From NCBI GenBank assembly GCA_947631305.1, contig CANRKV010000001.1:1-47600 (forward strand): a stretch of DNA of 47,600 nucleotides, read 5' to 3'. The notes beneath the pieces are model-generated. The model worked only from the letters and a program-made list of their open reading frames with translations. It was not told the DNA's origin and made no database searches. Source of the stretch: an uncultured Jeotgalicoccus sp. GTDB taxonomy: Bacteria > Bacillota > Bacilli > Staphylococcales > Salinicoccaceae. Every line of letters starts with the position of its first letter. Position 1 is the stretch's first letter. The position numbers were made by a program, and so were the translations under genes. This document shows, piece after piece, positions 15,931-25,829 of the stretch.

Positions 15931-17655
15931 TTATATTTGGCTGAACTGTGCCTGATGAAGTCCTTTGTACACTCCATTATCAAGTGACAGCAGTTCGTCA
16001 TGTGTACCGCTTTCGGCGATGCCGTCTGTCGTAACCACCATAATACGGTCTGCATTTTTAATCGTTGCAAGACGGTGGGCGATAACAAGTGTCGTCCGTC
16101 CTTCAGCAAGACGGTTCAACGCGTCCTGAATATACATTTCGGTTGCTGTATCAAGGGCACTCGTTGCCTCATCGAGTACTAAGATCGGCGGATTTTTTAA
16201 GAACATGCGTGCAATAGCGATACGCTGTTTTTGTCCTCCCGACAGTTTTACGCCGCGTTCTCCGACAATTGTCTCGAGACCGTCTCTGTAGCTGTCGACA
16301 AGTTCTTTCAGCTGCGCTTTTTCAAGTGCATCGTAAACTTCTTCGTCTGTTGCCTCGGGCTTGCCGTAAGCAACGTTTTCTTTTAATGTACCGGCAAATA
16401 AAAATACATCCTGCTGCACAGTACCGATATTTTCACGGAGTGAAGATAATGTTAAATCCCTGATATCAGTTCCATCGATGGAAATACTGCCTTCTGATAC
16501 ATCATAGAAGCGGGGAAGGAGTGAGCATAACGTCGTTTTCCCGGCACCTGACGGGCCGACGAAAGCAATCGTTTCACCCGGTGTAATAGTAAAGGAAATA
16601 TCAGTCAGTACATTTTTCTCTTCATATTTGAAAGTTACATTATTGTAATGGATATTACCTTTTACATTGGTTAAATCATGTGCATCTTCTTTTTCCTTAA
16701 CATCCTGCTGAATTGCCATCGTGTCGAGGAAATGTTTAAACCCAGCAATACCGTTCGGATACAGCTCGATCACAGCATTAATTTTCTCAAGCGGTTTGAA
16801 CAGCACGTTCGAAATTAAGATGAATGCTGCGAAATCACCGTAACTGAGTTCACCGTTCATTACGTAATACGCGCCGGCTATAAGAATAAATACAGTGACT
16901 AAACGCATCAGCATATAAGTGCTGGACGTATTGAAAGACATAATCTTATACGCTTTTAATTTCGTCGCTCTGAACCGTTCGTTAATTTTTTTAAACTCTT
17001 CAAACTCCTGGTCTTCGTTGGCAAATGCCTGAACTAAACGGATGCCGCCGATTTTATCTCCGATCAAATGGTTGAACTCGGATACTCGTCCAAATAATTC
17101 CCGGAAAGCGACAGTCATTTTTTTGTTGAAGTAAATTGCGATAACTAAAATTAACGGCACGATAATAAATGAAATTATCGCGAGTTCAGGGTGTATGTAA
17201 TACATAATTCCAAATGCGCCGAGCAGCGTCATAATCGCAATAAATAAATCCTCGGGACCGTGGTGAGCCATTTCCCCGATATTCATCAGATCATTCGTCA
17301 GACGCGTTAACAGTTTTCCTGTCTTTGTGTTATCGAAAAATCTGAATGATAATCTTTGTATATGACCGTACAGATCGTTCCGGATATCCCGCTCGATGTT
17401 TGTTCCGAGCATGTGCCCCCAGTATGTTACGATAAACTGCATAAATGTATTGAACAGATAAATGAACACCAGTCCCACAGCAGCGATTAATATCCATTTC
17501 CAGTTGTTGGTCGGCAGCAGTTCGTCTATGAACAGGCTGACAATTACAGGGAACGCGAGTTCCAGAAGACCAACGATAACAGCAGATAGAAAATCGATTG
17601 TGAATAAGGCTTTATAAGGTGCGTAATAAGATAAAAATTTCTTCACCATGATCAA
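15931..17655 (-). CDS. ABC exporter, fused permease/ATPase (YwjA-like)
   Basis: N-terminal TMD with YWGHMLG and AHHGPED; GPSGAGKT, GERGVKLSGGQKQR, LDEATSALD. Confidence 0.9.
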   Translation of the reverse strand: MIMVKKFLSYYAPYKALFTIDFLSAVIVGLLELAFPVIVSLFIDELLPTNNWKWILIAAVGLVFIYLFNTFMQFIVTYWGHMLGTNIERDIRNDLYGHIQRLSFRFFDNTKTGKLLTRLTNDLMNIGEMAHHGPEDLFIAIMTLLGAFGIMYYIHPELAIISFIIVPLILVIAIYFNKKMTVAFRELFGRVSEFNHLIGDKIGGIRLVQAFANEDQEFEEFKKINERFRATKLKAYKIMSFNTSSTYMLMRLVTVFILIAGAYYVMNGELSYGDFAAFILISNVLFKPLEKINAVIELYPNGIAGFKHFLDTMAIQQDVKEKEDAHDLTNVKGNIHYNNVTFKYEEKNVLTDISFTITPGETIAFVGPSGAGKTTLCSLLPRFYDVSEGSISIDGTDIRDLTLSSLRENIGTVQQDVFLFAGTLKENVAYGKPEATDEEVYDALEKAQLKELVDSYRDGLETIVGERGVKLSGGQKQRIAIARMFLKNPPILVLDEATSALDTATEMYIQDALNRLAEGRTTLVIAHRLATIKNADRIMVVTTDGIAESGTHDELLSLDNGVYKGLHQAQFSQI

Positions 17656-17808
17656 TCCTTTTTATATAATATAAGCCATTAGATTATACCACTATTAAAT
17701 TTTTACAGGATGATAATATTTCGGAATCCGCATGATAAAAAATTAACTTATTGTCTGAATTGGTGTAAAATCAAGGATACATAATAAACAGATTTGAGGA
17801 ACCTATAT

Positions 17809-18867
17809 ATGAACAAAATAAACGTTGGTATTATATACGGCGGTAAATCGACAGAGCATGAAGTATCAATACGTTCTGCAAAAAGCGTATTTGAAGCTTT
17901 GAATAAAGAGAAATATAATGTCAGTCTGATTAACATTACTAAAGCGGGAGAATGGCTTCTCGCAAACGATAATGAAGAAATCACAGCGCTTGATAATACA
18001 AACAGCGAAAAAATATCAGTTGTGCCGTCAAACGGTCTGATGGCTGACGGTGAAATTATTAAAATGGATGCGGTGCTGCCGATTCTGCATGGTACTGCAG
18101 GAGAAGACGGCAGTATACAGGGACTGCTTGAACTGGCTGAGATTCCTTATGCAGGATGTAATGTCCGCAGTTCAGCGGTATGCATGGACAAGGATATGAC
18201 GAAGCGGCTGCTTGAACTTAAAGGAATCGGCGTCGCACCTTCAATTGTTCTCAATTACTATGAAAAAGATGGACAGACATATGAGCATGCCAAAGAGAAA
18301 CTGGGTGTGCCGATGTTTATTAAACCGGTTAATCAGGGCTCGTCTGTAGGTGTATCGAAAGTTTCAGATGAATCATCATTTTATAAAGCACTGGATTCAG
18401 CATTTTCCTTCGATACGAAAGTGATGATTGAGAGTGGCATTGAAGGCCGTGAGATTGAAGTATCCGTGCTGGGTAACGAAGAGCTGTTCGTCTCAGTGCC
18501 CGGTGAAATTGTCTCGCAGACGGATTTTTATTCATACAGTTCAAAATATCTGGATGAAAGCGGCGCACTGTTAAATATTCCAGCCAAACTGGAAGAAGAA
18601 ACGACGAAACGAATACAGCAGATTGCACATGATACATTTAAAGCACTCGATTGTGAAGGTATGGCAAGAGTGGATGTATTCTTAACGCCTGACGGTGAAA
18701 TTATCGTTAATGAAGTGAATACTCTGCCGGGCTTTACAAGTATCAGCATGTATCCTAAATTACTCGAAGCTTCAGGTATTCCGTACAGCGAGACACTCGA
18801 CAGACTGATTGAATTAAGCCTTGAAAGATATGAACGGTCTGAAAGCTTGAAAACAGATATTTCTTAA
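17809..18867 (+). CDS. ddl: D-alanine--D-alanine ligase (DdlA type)
   Basis: GGKSTEHEVS, LHGTAGEDGSIQG, KPVNQGSSVGV, omega loop FYSYSSKY, NEVNTLPGFT; RBS GAGG before the ATG at 17809. Confidence 0.93.
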   Translation: MNKINVGIIYGGKSTEHEVSIRSAKSVFEALNKEKYNVSLINITKAGEWLLANDNEEITALDNTNSEKISVVPSNGLMADGEIIKMDAVLPILHGTAGEDGSIQGLLELAEIPYAGCNVRSSAVCMDKDMTKRLLELKGIGVAPSIVLNYYEKDGQTYEHAKEKLGVPMFIKPVNQGSSVGVSKVSDESSFYKALDSAFSFDTKVMIESGIEGREIEVSVLGNEELFVSVPGEIVSQTDFYSYSSKYLDESGALLNIPAKLEEETTKRIQQIAHDTFKALDCEGMARVDVFLTPDGEIIVNEVNTLPGFTSISMYPKLLEASGIPYSETLDRLIELSLERYERSESLKTDIS

Positions 18868-18882
18868 AAAGGAGACATATGT

Positions 18883-19389
18883 ATGATGATCCGTTTGGCA
18901 GCACCCGAAGATGCACGGGGTATCGCACAAGTTCAGGTTGAAAGCTGGAATACTACGTATCCCGGCATAGTGCCTAAAAGTTATCTCGACAGTCTGGATA
19001 TAAAAAAGAGAGAAAAAATCTGGAAACAGGCAGCGGTAAATCAGCCGCTCTATGTTGCCGAGCTCGACGGAGAAATTGTCGGATTCGCCATCGGCGGAGA
19101 AAACAGAGATAAGGATACATATCCGGAATTCGACGGCGAACTGTATGCGATATATTCATACGAACACGTTCATGGCAAAGGCATTGGACGTGCGCTGTTT
19201 GAAAATGCTGTAAGGAATTTAGCGGAACGCGGTTATAAAAAAATGGTTATTGCCGTGCTGTCGGAAAATCCGACGGTGAATTTTTATAAACATATGGGCG
19301 GTTATTATCTCGGAGAAGAGACGATTACCATCGACGGAGTATTTATACAGGAATCATTTTACGGTTATGATGATATTACTAAGATATAA
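18883..19389 (+). CDS. GNAT family N-acetyltransferase
   Basis: IRLA..EDA, SW..TY.GI, GELYAIY, HGKGIGRALF, FYKHMGG. Confidence 0.88.
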   Translation: MMIRLAAPEDARGIAQVQVESWNTTYPGIVPKSYLDSLDIKKREKIWKQAAVNQPLYVAELDGEIVGFAIGGENRDKDTYPEFDGELYAIYSYEHVHGKGIGRALFENAVRNLAERGYKKMVIAVLSENPTVNFYKHMGGYYLGEETITIDGVFIQESFYGYDDITKI

Positions 19390-19407
19390 AAACAGGGGAT
19401 GAAATTA

Positions 19408-20628
19408 ATGAAAGAAGAATTAATTGAACGTTTATCAAGATATGCAAAAATCGATACACAGTCGGACGCATCAAGTGAAACAGTACCGTCTACTGACAAA
19501 CAGTGGAATCTCTTAAAGGAACTGGAGACGGAACTGAATGCAATCGGCATGAGTGATGTTAACTTAGACGATAAAGGCTATCTGTTCGCAGCACTTCCTG
19601 CAAATACTGAAGATAAAAAGACGATTGGATTTTTAGCTCACGTTGATACCGCAACTGACTTTACAGGAACAAATGTTAAACCTCAGCTCGTAAAATACGA
19701 AGGCGGCAACATTATTCTTAATGATACATTGGATATTGTTCTGTCACCGGAACAGTTCCCGAATTTAAATAATTATAAAGGCCACACACTGATGACAACT
19801 GACGGGAGGACACTGCTTGGTGCAGATAATAAAGCTGGTGTGGCAGAAATAGTAACAGCTGTAGAATACTTAATTAATAATCCTGAAATCAAACACGGTA
19901 CAGTAAAAGTCGGTTTTACTCCGGATGAAGAAATCGGACGCGGGCCGCATGACTTTGACGTTGAAAAATTCGATGCTGACTTCGCATACACAGTAGACGG
20001 CGGCCCGCTTGGCGAACTCCAGTATGAAAGCTTTAATGCCGCAGGCGCATCGGTTAAAGTAACGGGAAACAGTGTCCATCCCGGCACAGCGAAAAATAAA
20101 ATGGTAAACGCTGTCCGTATTGCAGCTGACATTATTACAGGTTTTGACGCTGAAGACACACCTGAGAAGACAGAAGGTTATGAAGGGTTCAATCACATAT
20201 CAAACCTCGCAGGTGACGTTGAAACAGCGGAATTCAGCATGATTATCCGCGACTTTGACACAGCATCATTTAAAGAACGCAAAGAAGCAGTAGAACAGAA
20301 AATTAGTGACTTCCAGGAAAAATATCCGGAAGCAGCAATAGAACTGAATATGACCGATCAGTATTACAATATGAAAGAAGTCATAGAAAAAGATATGATG
20401 ATTGTAAACCTTGCTGAAGAAGCAATGAAATCATTAGGCATAGATCCGGTGATCCAGCCGGTTCGCGGAGGAACAGACGGATCGCAGCTGTCTTATAAAG
20501 GACTGCCGGCACCAAATATCTTTACAGGCGGAGAAAACTTCCACGGGAAATTTGAATTCGCTTCGATAGAAGATATGGAGAAATCAGTGCAGACAATCGT
20601 TAAAATTATTGAGTTAAACGCAAAATAG
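19408..20628 (+). CDS. pepT: Peptidase T (tripeptide aminopeptidase, M20B)
   Basis: [52 protein letters not shown]. Confidence 0.95.
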   Translation: MKEELIERLSRYAKIDTQSDASSETVPSTDKQWNLLKELETELNAIGMSDVNLDDKGYLFAALPANTEDKKTIGFLAHVDTATDFTGTNVKPQLVKYEGGNIILNDTLDIVLSPEQFPNLNNYKGHTLMTTDGRTLLGADNKAGVAEIVTAVEYLINNPEIKHGTVKVGFTPDEEIGRGPHDFDVEKFDADFAYTVDGGPLGELQYESFNAAGASVKVTGNSVHPGTAKNKMVNAVRIAADIITGFDAEDTPEKTEGYEGFNHISNLAGDVETAEFSMIIRDFDTASFKERKEAVEQKISDFQEKYPEAAIELNMTDQYYNMKEVIEKDMMIVNLAEEAMKSLGIDPVIQPVRGGTDGSQLSYKGLPAPNIFTGGENFHGKFEFASIEDMEKSVQTIVKIIELNAK

Positions 20629-20685
20629 GGACGGAATTGGTATAAATGAGTTTCAAGTGTGTCCCAAACCAGTTTTTAAACAAAC

Positions 20686-20721
20686 AAAAATCAGCAGAGA
20701 CTAATCTCTGCTGATTTTTTT
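20686..20721. terminator. Perfect terminator hairpin overlapping the MFS gene stop
   Basis: AAAAATCAGCAGAGA-CTAA-TCTCTGCTGATTTTT. Confidence 0.8.
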
Positions 20722-22182
20722 CTTTTCATCATTTATCGGACGTGCCTTAGCAATTGATTGACCGATTGTATCCGCAGCACTGGACTGTTTCAGGAAGAAC
20801 GAAGCGATAAGTGCTAAGAATAAGAAACCTGTACCAACGAGGAATGATAAGTTAATACCTTCCAGTGTTGCCTGGTTAATCATTGCTTCCGTAGGGTTAT
20901 CCATATTGTTTACCGTAATATTTGTGTATGTCTGCATTACTGTAATCAGGAGAGCAATACCGATTGATCCGCTGACCTGATTCAGCATACTGTTCAGCGA
21001 TGAACCATGCGGCGTCAAATGAGCCGGCAGCGAGTTCATGCCGTTGGTCATTACAGGTGTATTAACCATCGTCATACCAAGAGCGCGAATCATATAAATT
21101 GTTAACAGATACGAAAATGATGTATCTATTTCGAGACGGCTTAGGAAGAATGTTGTGACAACAGCCAGAGTTAATCCGGTAATTGCCATTACTTTCGGGC
21201 CGTACATATCAAACAGCTTGCCTGATACAGGACTCATCAGACCCATAATCAGTGCTCCCGGGAGCATTAAAAGACCTGTATCCAGCGGACTCAGCCCCTG
21301 AATATCCTGCATGAAAATCGGAATTAAAATCATTCCTGCGAATAACGCCATATTTGCAGCACCGATGATCAGTGAAGCAATTGTGTACATTGAGTATTTA
21401 TATACTCTGAAGTCGAGCATTGGATGTTCCAGTTTAAACTGTCTCATAACGTAAAGTGTAATAGCTGCAATACCTAAAAGCAGCGGAATTAATACGCTTG
21501 AGCTTGCGAGTCCGTTTTCTCCTGCAGAACTTAAACCGTAAAGCACTCCTCCGAATCCGATAGTGGACAGGATAATGGAAGTGATATCAATATGTGCTTC
21601 ACGGTGCTGCTGTACTTCAGGAAGTTTCCAGAACCCGACAGCGAGAACAATAATCAGTATCGGAATCATCATATAGAACAGCATATGCCATGAATAGCTT
21701 TCAACGACAATACCGGATACAGTAGGTCCGATTGCAGGTGCGAAGAACATCACTAAACTGAAGAGTCCCATCGCAGTACCGCGTTTATCAGGCGGGAAGC
21801 TGCTTATCATAATATTCATTAAGAGCGGCATCAGCATTGCAGAACCCGACGCCTGAATCATACGACCTAAAATCAGAACGATAAAAGTCGGTGAGAATCC
21901 GGCAACGACAGTACCGAGAAGAAACAGTGACATGGCTGTTAAAAATAAAGTTCTGGCGCTGAATTTCTGCATCAAATACGCTGTGGTTGGTATGATAATA
22001 CCGGAAACAAGCATGTAGGATGTAGAAACCCATTGAACGGCTGAAGTGGAAATCCCGAAATCATTTTTGATTGCGGGAAGAGCGACGTTTAAAAAAGTGT
22101 TTGATAAGAACGAGATGAAAGCACCGGATAATAAAATAATTATTAATTTGTAATCCGGTTTTTTCTGAGATATTTCAGACAT
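20701..22182 (-). CDS. MFS DHA2 drug:H+ antiporter (LmrB/YcnB-like)
   Basis: About 14 TM; LNVALP, QWVSTSYML, GRMIQASG, APAIGPTVSG, GKLFDMYGPK. Confidence 0.9.
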   Translation of the reverse strand: MSEISQKKPDYKLIIILLSGAFISFLSNTFLNVALPAIKNDFGISTSAVQWVSTSYMLVSGIIIPTTAYLMQKFSARTLFLTAMSLFLLGTVVAGFSPTFIVLILGRMIQASGSAMLMPLLMNIMISSFPPDKRGTAMGLFSLVMFFAPAIGPTVSGIVVESYSWHMLFYMMIPILIIVLAVGFWKLPEVQQHREAHIDITSIILSTIGFGGVLYGLSSAGENGLASSSVLIPLLLGIAAITLYVMRQFKLEHPMLDFRVYKYSMYTIASLIIGAANMALFAGMILIPIFMQDIQGLSPLDTGLLMLPGALIMGLMSPVSGKLFDMYGPKVMAITGLTLAVVTTFFLSRLEIDTSFSYLLTIYMIRALGMTMVNTPVMTNGMNSLPAHLTPHGSSLNSMLNQVSGSIGIALLITVMQTYTNITVNNMDNPTEAMINQATLEGINLSFLVGTGFLFLALIASFFLKQSSAADTIGQSIAKARPINDEKKKISRD

Positions 22183-22255
22183 TTATTTTCCCCTTTTACC
22201 ATAAAATCAATTTAACTATTATACCCCATATTAAATAAAATTTCATTAAAAAGAT

Positions 22256-22432
22256 TTAACCTATACGATTATCAATCTGAATATAAATAAAGAAACCGAC
22301 TGTAACCCCTAGTAAAACTGAAATCGGCAGGGCATATGTGTCTGGTATGGATGGTAAGAATGTTTCAATAACCCAGTGAATTCCTACAAAGCAAAGTGCC
22401 ATGATAACGATAGAGCCTAAAACTCGGGTCAT
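22256..22432 (-). CDS. Small 2-TM membrane protein (58 aa)
   Basis: Strong RBS AGGAGGAG before the ATG at 22432 (MTRVLG...); two hydrophobic helices. Confidence 0.7.
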   Translation of the reverse strand: MTRVLGSIVIMALCFVGIHWVIETFLPSIPDTYALPISVLLGVTVGFFIYIQIDNRIG

Positions 22433-22550
22433 AATTCTCCTCCTTTTTGAAATAACTGTATCTTTAAATCTTATCAAACCTTAAGGTGGACATGTGAGTA
22501 AAATACCTTGATAATATAAGTTAATCAGTATTAGTGGAGGGAAACTTATT

Positions 22551-23342
22551 ATGAAGACAAATTTTCATAATTATGCCGAGGAGTATTTTAAACACAGAAA
22601 TGATATTCCAAGTGTATTTTTTGAAGAACTGGCTAAAAGAAACATCGAGGTATCAGGAAGTAAAGTTGCAGATATCGGAGCCGGTCCCGGGTTCGTCAGT
22701 AAAGCGTTGAGCGATCATGGTGCAATTGTCGATGCAGTTGAACCATCAGAAGAGTTTATTAAAATTGGCAAGAAATATGTCGGCAATGATGACAGAATCA
22801 GTTTCACTAAAGGTACTGCTGAGAAAACAGGTCTCGCAGATGACACATATGATATTGTAATCGTAATGAGAGCCTGGCATTGGTTTGACAGCGAGAAAGC
22901 AGCTAAAGAAGCGAGACGCATTCTTAAGCCGGATGGGATTTTAATCGTTGCGGATATCGGATTTAAAGTATCCAGCAAGATGATGAAAGACTCGATGAAA
23001 ATTGTTAAGAAAAATTCCAAACATGAAGAATTAAAACCAGCCGGATCTAAAGATGATTCAATCCAGAAGATTAATGGTTTCCCTGTTGAATGGTTCAGTG
23101 ACTGGCGTCATGAAAAATTAGATCTTGAAGAGTTCTTCAAGCACGAATACAAAGTTAAATTTACAGATCAGGAATGGCTCGGCAGATTGGGCACTTCATC
23201 ATGGCTTGTAAGCTTTAAAAAGAAACAGATGGACAAGACGATGGAAAAAATTGCTAAACTGCTGAATTCCATGGACGACGAGAAGAAACATAAAGTACCT
23301 CACGTCTTGAATGTAGCAATATTAAGAAATAAACATAAGTAA
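22551..23342 (+). CDS. Class I SAM-dependent methyltransferase
   Basis: ADIGAGPG, AVEPS, GTAEKTG, AWHWFD, RILKPDG. Confidence 0.9.
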   Translation: MKTNFHNYAEEYFKHRNDIPSVFFEELAKRNIEVSGSKVADIGAGPGFVSKALSDHGAIVDAVEPSEEFIKIGKKYVGNDDRISFTKGTAEKTGLADDTYDIVIVMRAWHWFDSEKAAKEARRILKPDGILIVADIGFKVSSKMMKDSMKIVKKNSKHEELKPAGSKDDSIQKINGFPVEWFSDWRHEKLDLEEFFKHEYKVKFTDQEWLGRLGTSSWLVSFKKKQMDKTMEKIAKLLNSMDDEKKHKVPHVLNVAILRNKHK

Positions 23343-23352
23343 TATTCAGTAT

Positions 23353-23381
23353 AAAAAAGAGCGATTATTTCGCTCTTTTTT
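23353..23381 (+). terminator. Rho-independent terminator
   Basis: AAAAAAGAGCGA-TTATT-TCGCTCTTTTTT. Confidence 0.85.
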
Positions 23382-23398
23382 ATTTTTTTCGAAAAAGT

Positions 23399-23446
23399 AT
23401 GAAAACGTTTCAATACATAATTAATTAATGAAAACGATAACAATAC
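23399..23446. promoter_or_regulatory. Tandem cre-like (CcpA) sites
   Basis: TGAAAACGATAACA (23429-23442) fits TGNAANCGNWNNCA; a related TGAAAACGTTTCA lies at 23400-23412. Confidence 0.45.
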
Positions 23447-23583
23447 GGGTTATTATGCATAATGATGAATAATGTATATAAGGTGTAACATTACATAAAA
23501 CTTTACTACATGACTTGCTTATAGTAGATGAATTATCTAAAAATTGGTAATAGACTTACTTTGATAAAATCATCACATAATCT

Positions 23584-23612
23584 TTGAAATCCCTTGGTGT
23601 ATATAGTATTAT
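23584..23612 (+). promoter_or_regulatory. Putative sigmaA promoter for the small ORF
   Basis: TTGAAA-17nt-TATTAT. Confidence 0.55.
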
Positions 23613-23676
23613 TAAGATACATAAAAGAGGTACAGAGAAATACTCTAATATAAAATTTCAAAAAGGAGGACTAAAA

Positions 23677-23826
23677 ATGATTATATCTGATAAACTTACA
23701 GCAGAAGTCCGTATGCAGGAATATAAAGAAGTTGCGTATAATAATTCAATTTTAACAGAGAAGAAAAGTAACGAAAAAACTAAGCGTCCATTTTTAAATA
23801 AACTAATCAGCGCTTTATCTCTGTAA
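23677..23826 (+). CDS. Small monocistronic protein (49 aa)
   Basis: Perfect RBS AAGGAGG, with its own promoter and terminator; MIISDKLTAEVRMQEYKEVAYNN...PFLNKLISALSL. Confidence 0.7.
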   Translation: MIISDKLTAEVRMQEYKEVAYNNSILTEKKSNEKTKRPFLNKLISALSL

Positions 23827-23848
23827 TAACCAGTTAAATATAAACGAT

Positions 23849-23880
23849 GCCATTCCTGAAGAGAGAGGAATGGCTTTTTT
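23849..23880 (+). terminator. Rho-independent terminator
   Basis: GCCATTCCT-N8-AGGAATGGC-TTTTTT. Confidence 0.8.
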
Positions 23881-23884
23881 GTGT

Positions 23885-24262
23885 TTAAATTAAATTTAAT
23901 TGCCACGATACACCGAACTGATCCTGAATCCACGCATAGCGTTTACTTACATTATAGTCATCCAGCGGAATATGAATGGCTCCATTTTTCTTCAGCTTTC
24001 TATACAGCATCTCAATTTCATTTAGATCTTCACATTCAATATAGACTGACATACTTGGTGTAAATGTGAATTCAGAAGGCACTTCCGAATCGCGAATCAT
24101 CAGATGCATTTCACCGATGCGGATGATTGCCTGCTGTATTTTATTTGAACCTGTATAGTTCACAAGCTGAATAATATCGAAGTTATGGAACACCTCTTTA
24201 TAGTATTCAAGTGCTTCAAAGGCACGTCCCTCAAACGTTAGGAAGGGCATTGCTGCTCTCAT
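23885..24262 (-). CDS. VOC/glyoxalase superfamily protein (PhnB-like)
   Basis: PFLTFEG.A.EALEYY, FTFTPSMS, YAWIQDQFGVSWQL. Confidence 0.88.
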   Translation of the reverse strand: MRAAMPFLTFEGRAFEALEYYKEVFHNFDIIQLVNYTGSNKIQQAIIRIGEMHLMIRDSEVPSEFTFTPSMSVYIECEDLNEIEMLYRKLKKNGAIHIPLDDYNVSKRYAWIQDQFGVSWQLNLI

Positions 24263-24400
24263 TTTATTTTCCCCCTTTACAACTGATATAGTATTGTTTA
24301 CAATTTTATGAGAACAGACTGATACAGTTTAAAAACTGTTACATATCTATATTTTATTATAACAGTTTGCTGCAGATGAAATTTGTAAAGGAGACATTAA

Positions 24401-25138
24401 ATGATTGCGTTAAATGGTGTTGTTAAACAGTACCAGGGCCAAAGTGGACCGTTCAGTGCACTGGATAATATATCTGTTCACATAAAAGAAAGTGAAAAAT
24501 TCGGTATTATCGGGGAGAGCGGATCCGGCAAGTCGACGCTTCTCCGCATGATTAATGCTTTGGAAACACCGGACGATGGAACAGTAATAGTAGATGGCGA
24601 AAACGTCAGCAGCCTGTCAGCGAAACAGTTAAGAAAATACCGCAAAAAAATAGGCATGATTTTTCAGCAGTTCAATTTGCTGAACAACAAAACGGTGGTG
24701 GAAAATATTATGCTGCCGTTAAAACTGCATAATTTTGAATCCGCTTTAAATATCGATGAAGTCTTGGCATTCGTCGGTTTGAGCGATAAGAAAAATAACT
24801 ATCCGGGACAGCTGTCAGGCGGCCAGAAACAGCGTGTCGGCATTGCACGCGCTTTAATAACGAATCCGAAAATCCTGCTGTGCGATGAGCCGACCAGCGC
24901 GCTGGATGAAAAAACAACAGATGAGATTGTCGGCGTACTGAAACGTGCACATGAAGTTTACGGTATGACAATCGTCATCGTTACACATGAATTAAATGTT
25001 ATTAAGCAATTATGCGACCGGACACTCGTCCTCGAAGAGGGCAGGATAATCGATACAATCGACATAAAACCGTCAGCTCATGTACTTTCTGATGCCTCGT
25101 ATTATGACCGTATTGTAGAGGTGCTGAAAAATGAGTGA
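24401..25138 (+). CDS. metN: Methionine-type ABC transporter ATP-binding protein (short form, no C-terminal NIL domain)
   Basis: FGIIGESGSGKSTLLR, IGMIFQQFNLL, LSGGQKQRVGIARAL, LLCDEPTSALD. Confidence 0.8.
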   Translation: MIALNGVVKQYQGQSGPFSALDNISVHIKESEKFGIIGESGSGKSTLLRMINALETPDDGTVIVDGENVSSLSAKQLRKYRKKIGMIFQQFNLLNNKTVVENIMLPLKLHNFESALNIDEVLAFVGLSDKKNNYPGQLSGGQKQRVGIARALITNPKILLCDEPTSALDEKTTDEIVGVLKRAHEVYGMTIVIVTHELNVIKQLCDRTLVLEEGRIIDTIDIKPSAHVLSDASYYDRIVEVLKNE

Positions 25139-25817
25139 GATGATATCAATTTATTTTGAGCGTGTTGCAGAATACTGGCCGAATTTATTAACCAGTTTAA
25201 ACGAAACTGGAATTATGATGGGCTTCGCAATGGTTGCAGCAATTGTGCTCGGACTGCCGCTCGGGACGCTGCTTTACTTAACAGATAAAGATAAACCGTT
25301 ACATAACAAATTTATTTACCATACGGCGAACGTTGTCGTAAATATTGTCCGTTCTTTTCCGTTTCTGCTGCTCGTTATTGCGATGCAGCCGCTGATACGT
25401 GAAGTATACGGAAGGGCAACAGGAGATCCCGTTGCTGCATCATTTCCTCTGATGGTCATCGCGATTGCACTGTATGCAAGATTTGTGCAGCAGTCTCTCC
25501 TCGATGTGCCAAAAGGTGTAGTTGAAACAGCACAGGCGCTCGGAGCGTCAATACCGCAGCTGGTTTACCGATTTTTATTTGTAGAGGCAAGAAGTTCTTT
25601 AATTATCGGCTTTTCCACTGCGTTTGTAAGTTTTATTTCCTACTCAACAATAATGGGTGTTGTCGGGGGCGGAGGTATTGGTGACTTTGCAATCCGTTAC
25701 GGATACCAGCGCTATGAAACAGACATTATGTACACTGCGATTGTCATTATTATTATCTTTGTGCAGATTGCGCAGTGGTTCGGTTTATGGCTGGCGAGAA
25801 AAATTGATAAAAGATAA
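25131..25817 (+). CDS. metI: Methionine-type ABC transporter permease
   Basis: VNIVRSFPF, GGGGIGDFAIRYGYQRY. Confidence 0.85.
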   Translation: MSEMISIYFERVAEYWPNLLTSLNETGIMMGFAMVAAIVLGLPLGTLLYLTDKDKPLHNKFIYHTANVVVNIVRSFPFLLLVIAMQPLIREVYGRATGDPVAASFPLMVIAIALYARFVQQSLLDVPKGVVETAQALGASIPQLVYRFLFVEARSSLIIGFSTAFVSFISYSTIMGVVGGGGIGDFAIRYGYQRYETDIMYTAIVIIIIFVQIAQWFGLWLARKIDKR

Positions 25818-25829
25818 AAGGGGATTAGT

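Noticed and set aside
15825-16109. 94-aa minus-strand ORF spanning the ABC gene end and the pheA promoter
   Set aside because: Out-of-frame overlap with the ABC transporter and runs through the promoter. The RBS-supported 19-aa leader in another frame is the credible ORF.
17809-18867. Van-type D-Ala-D-Lac/D-Ser ligase (glycopeptide resistance)
   Set aside because: The omega loop has the SKY of D-Ala-D-Ala ligases, and no vanH/X/T/R/S genes are nearby.
20628-20670. STAR-like repeat element after pepT (GGGAC...GTCCC)
   Set aside because: Only 5-bp terminal complementarity and a single weak copy; not supportable without a genome-wide search.
23885-24262. phnB as part of the phosphonate pathway
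   Set aside because: Generic VOC-family protein about 18 kb from the phn operon; PhnB is not needed for C-P lyase.
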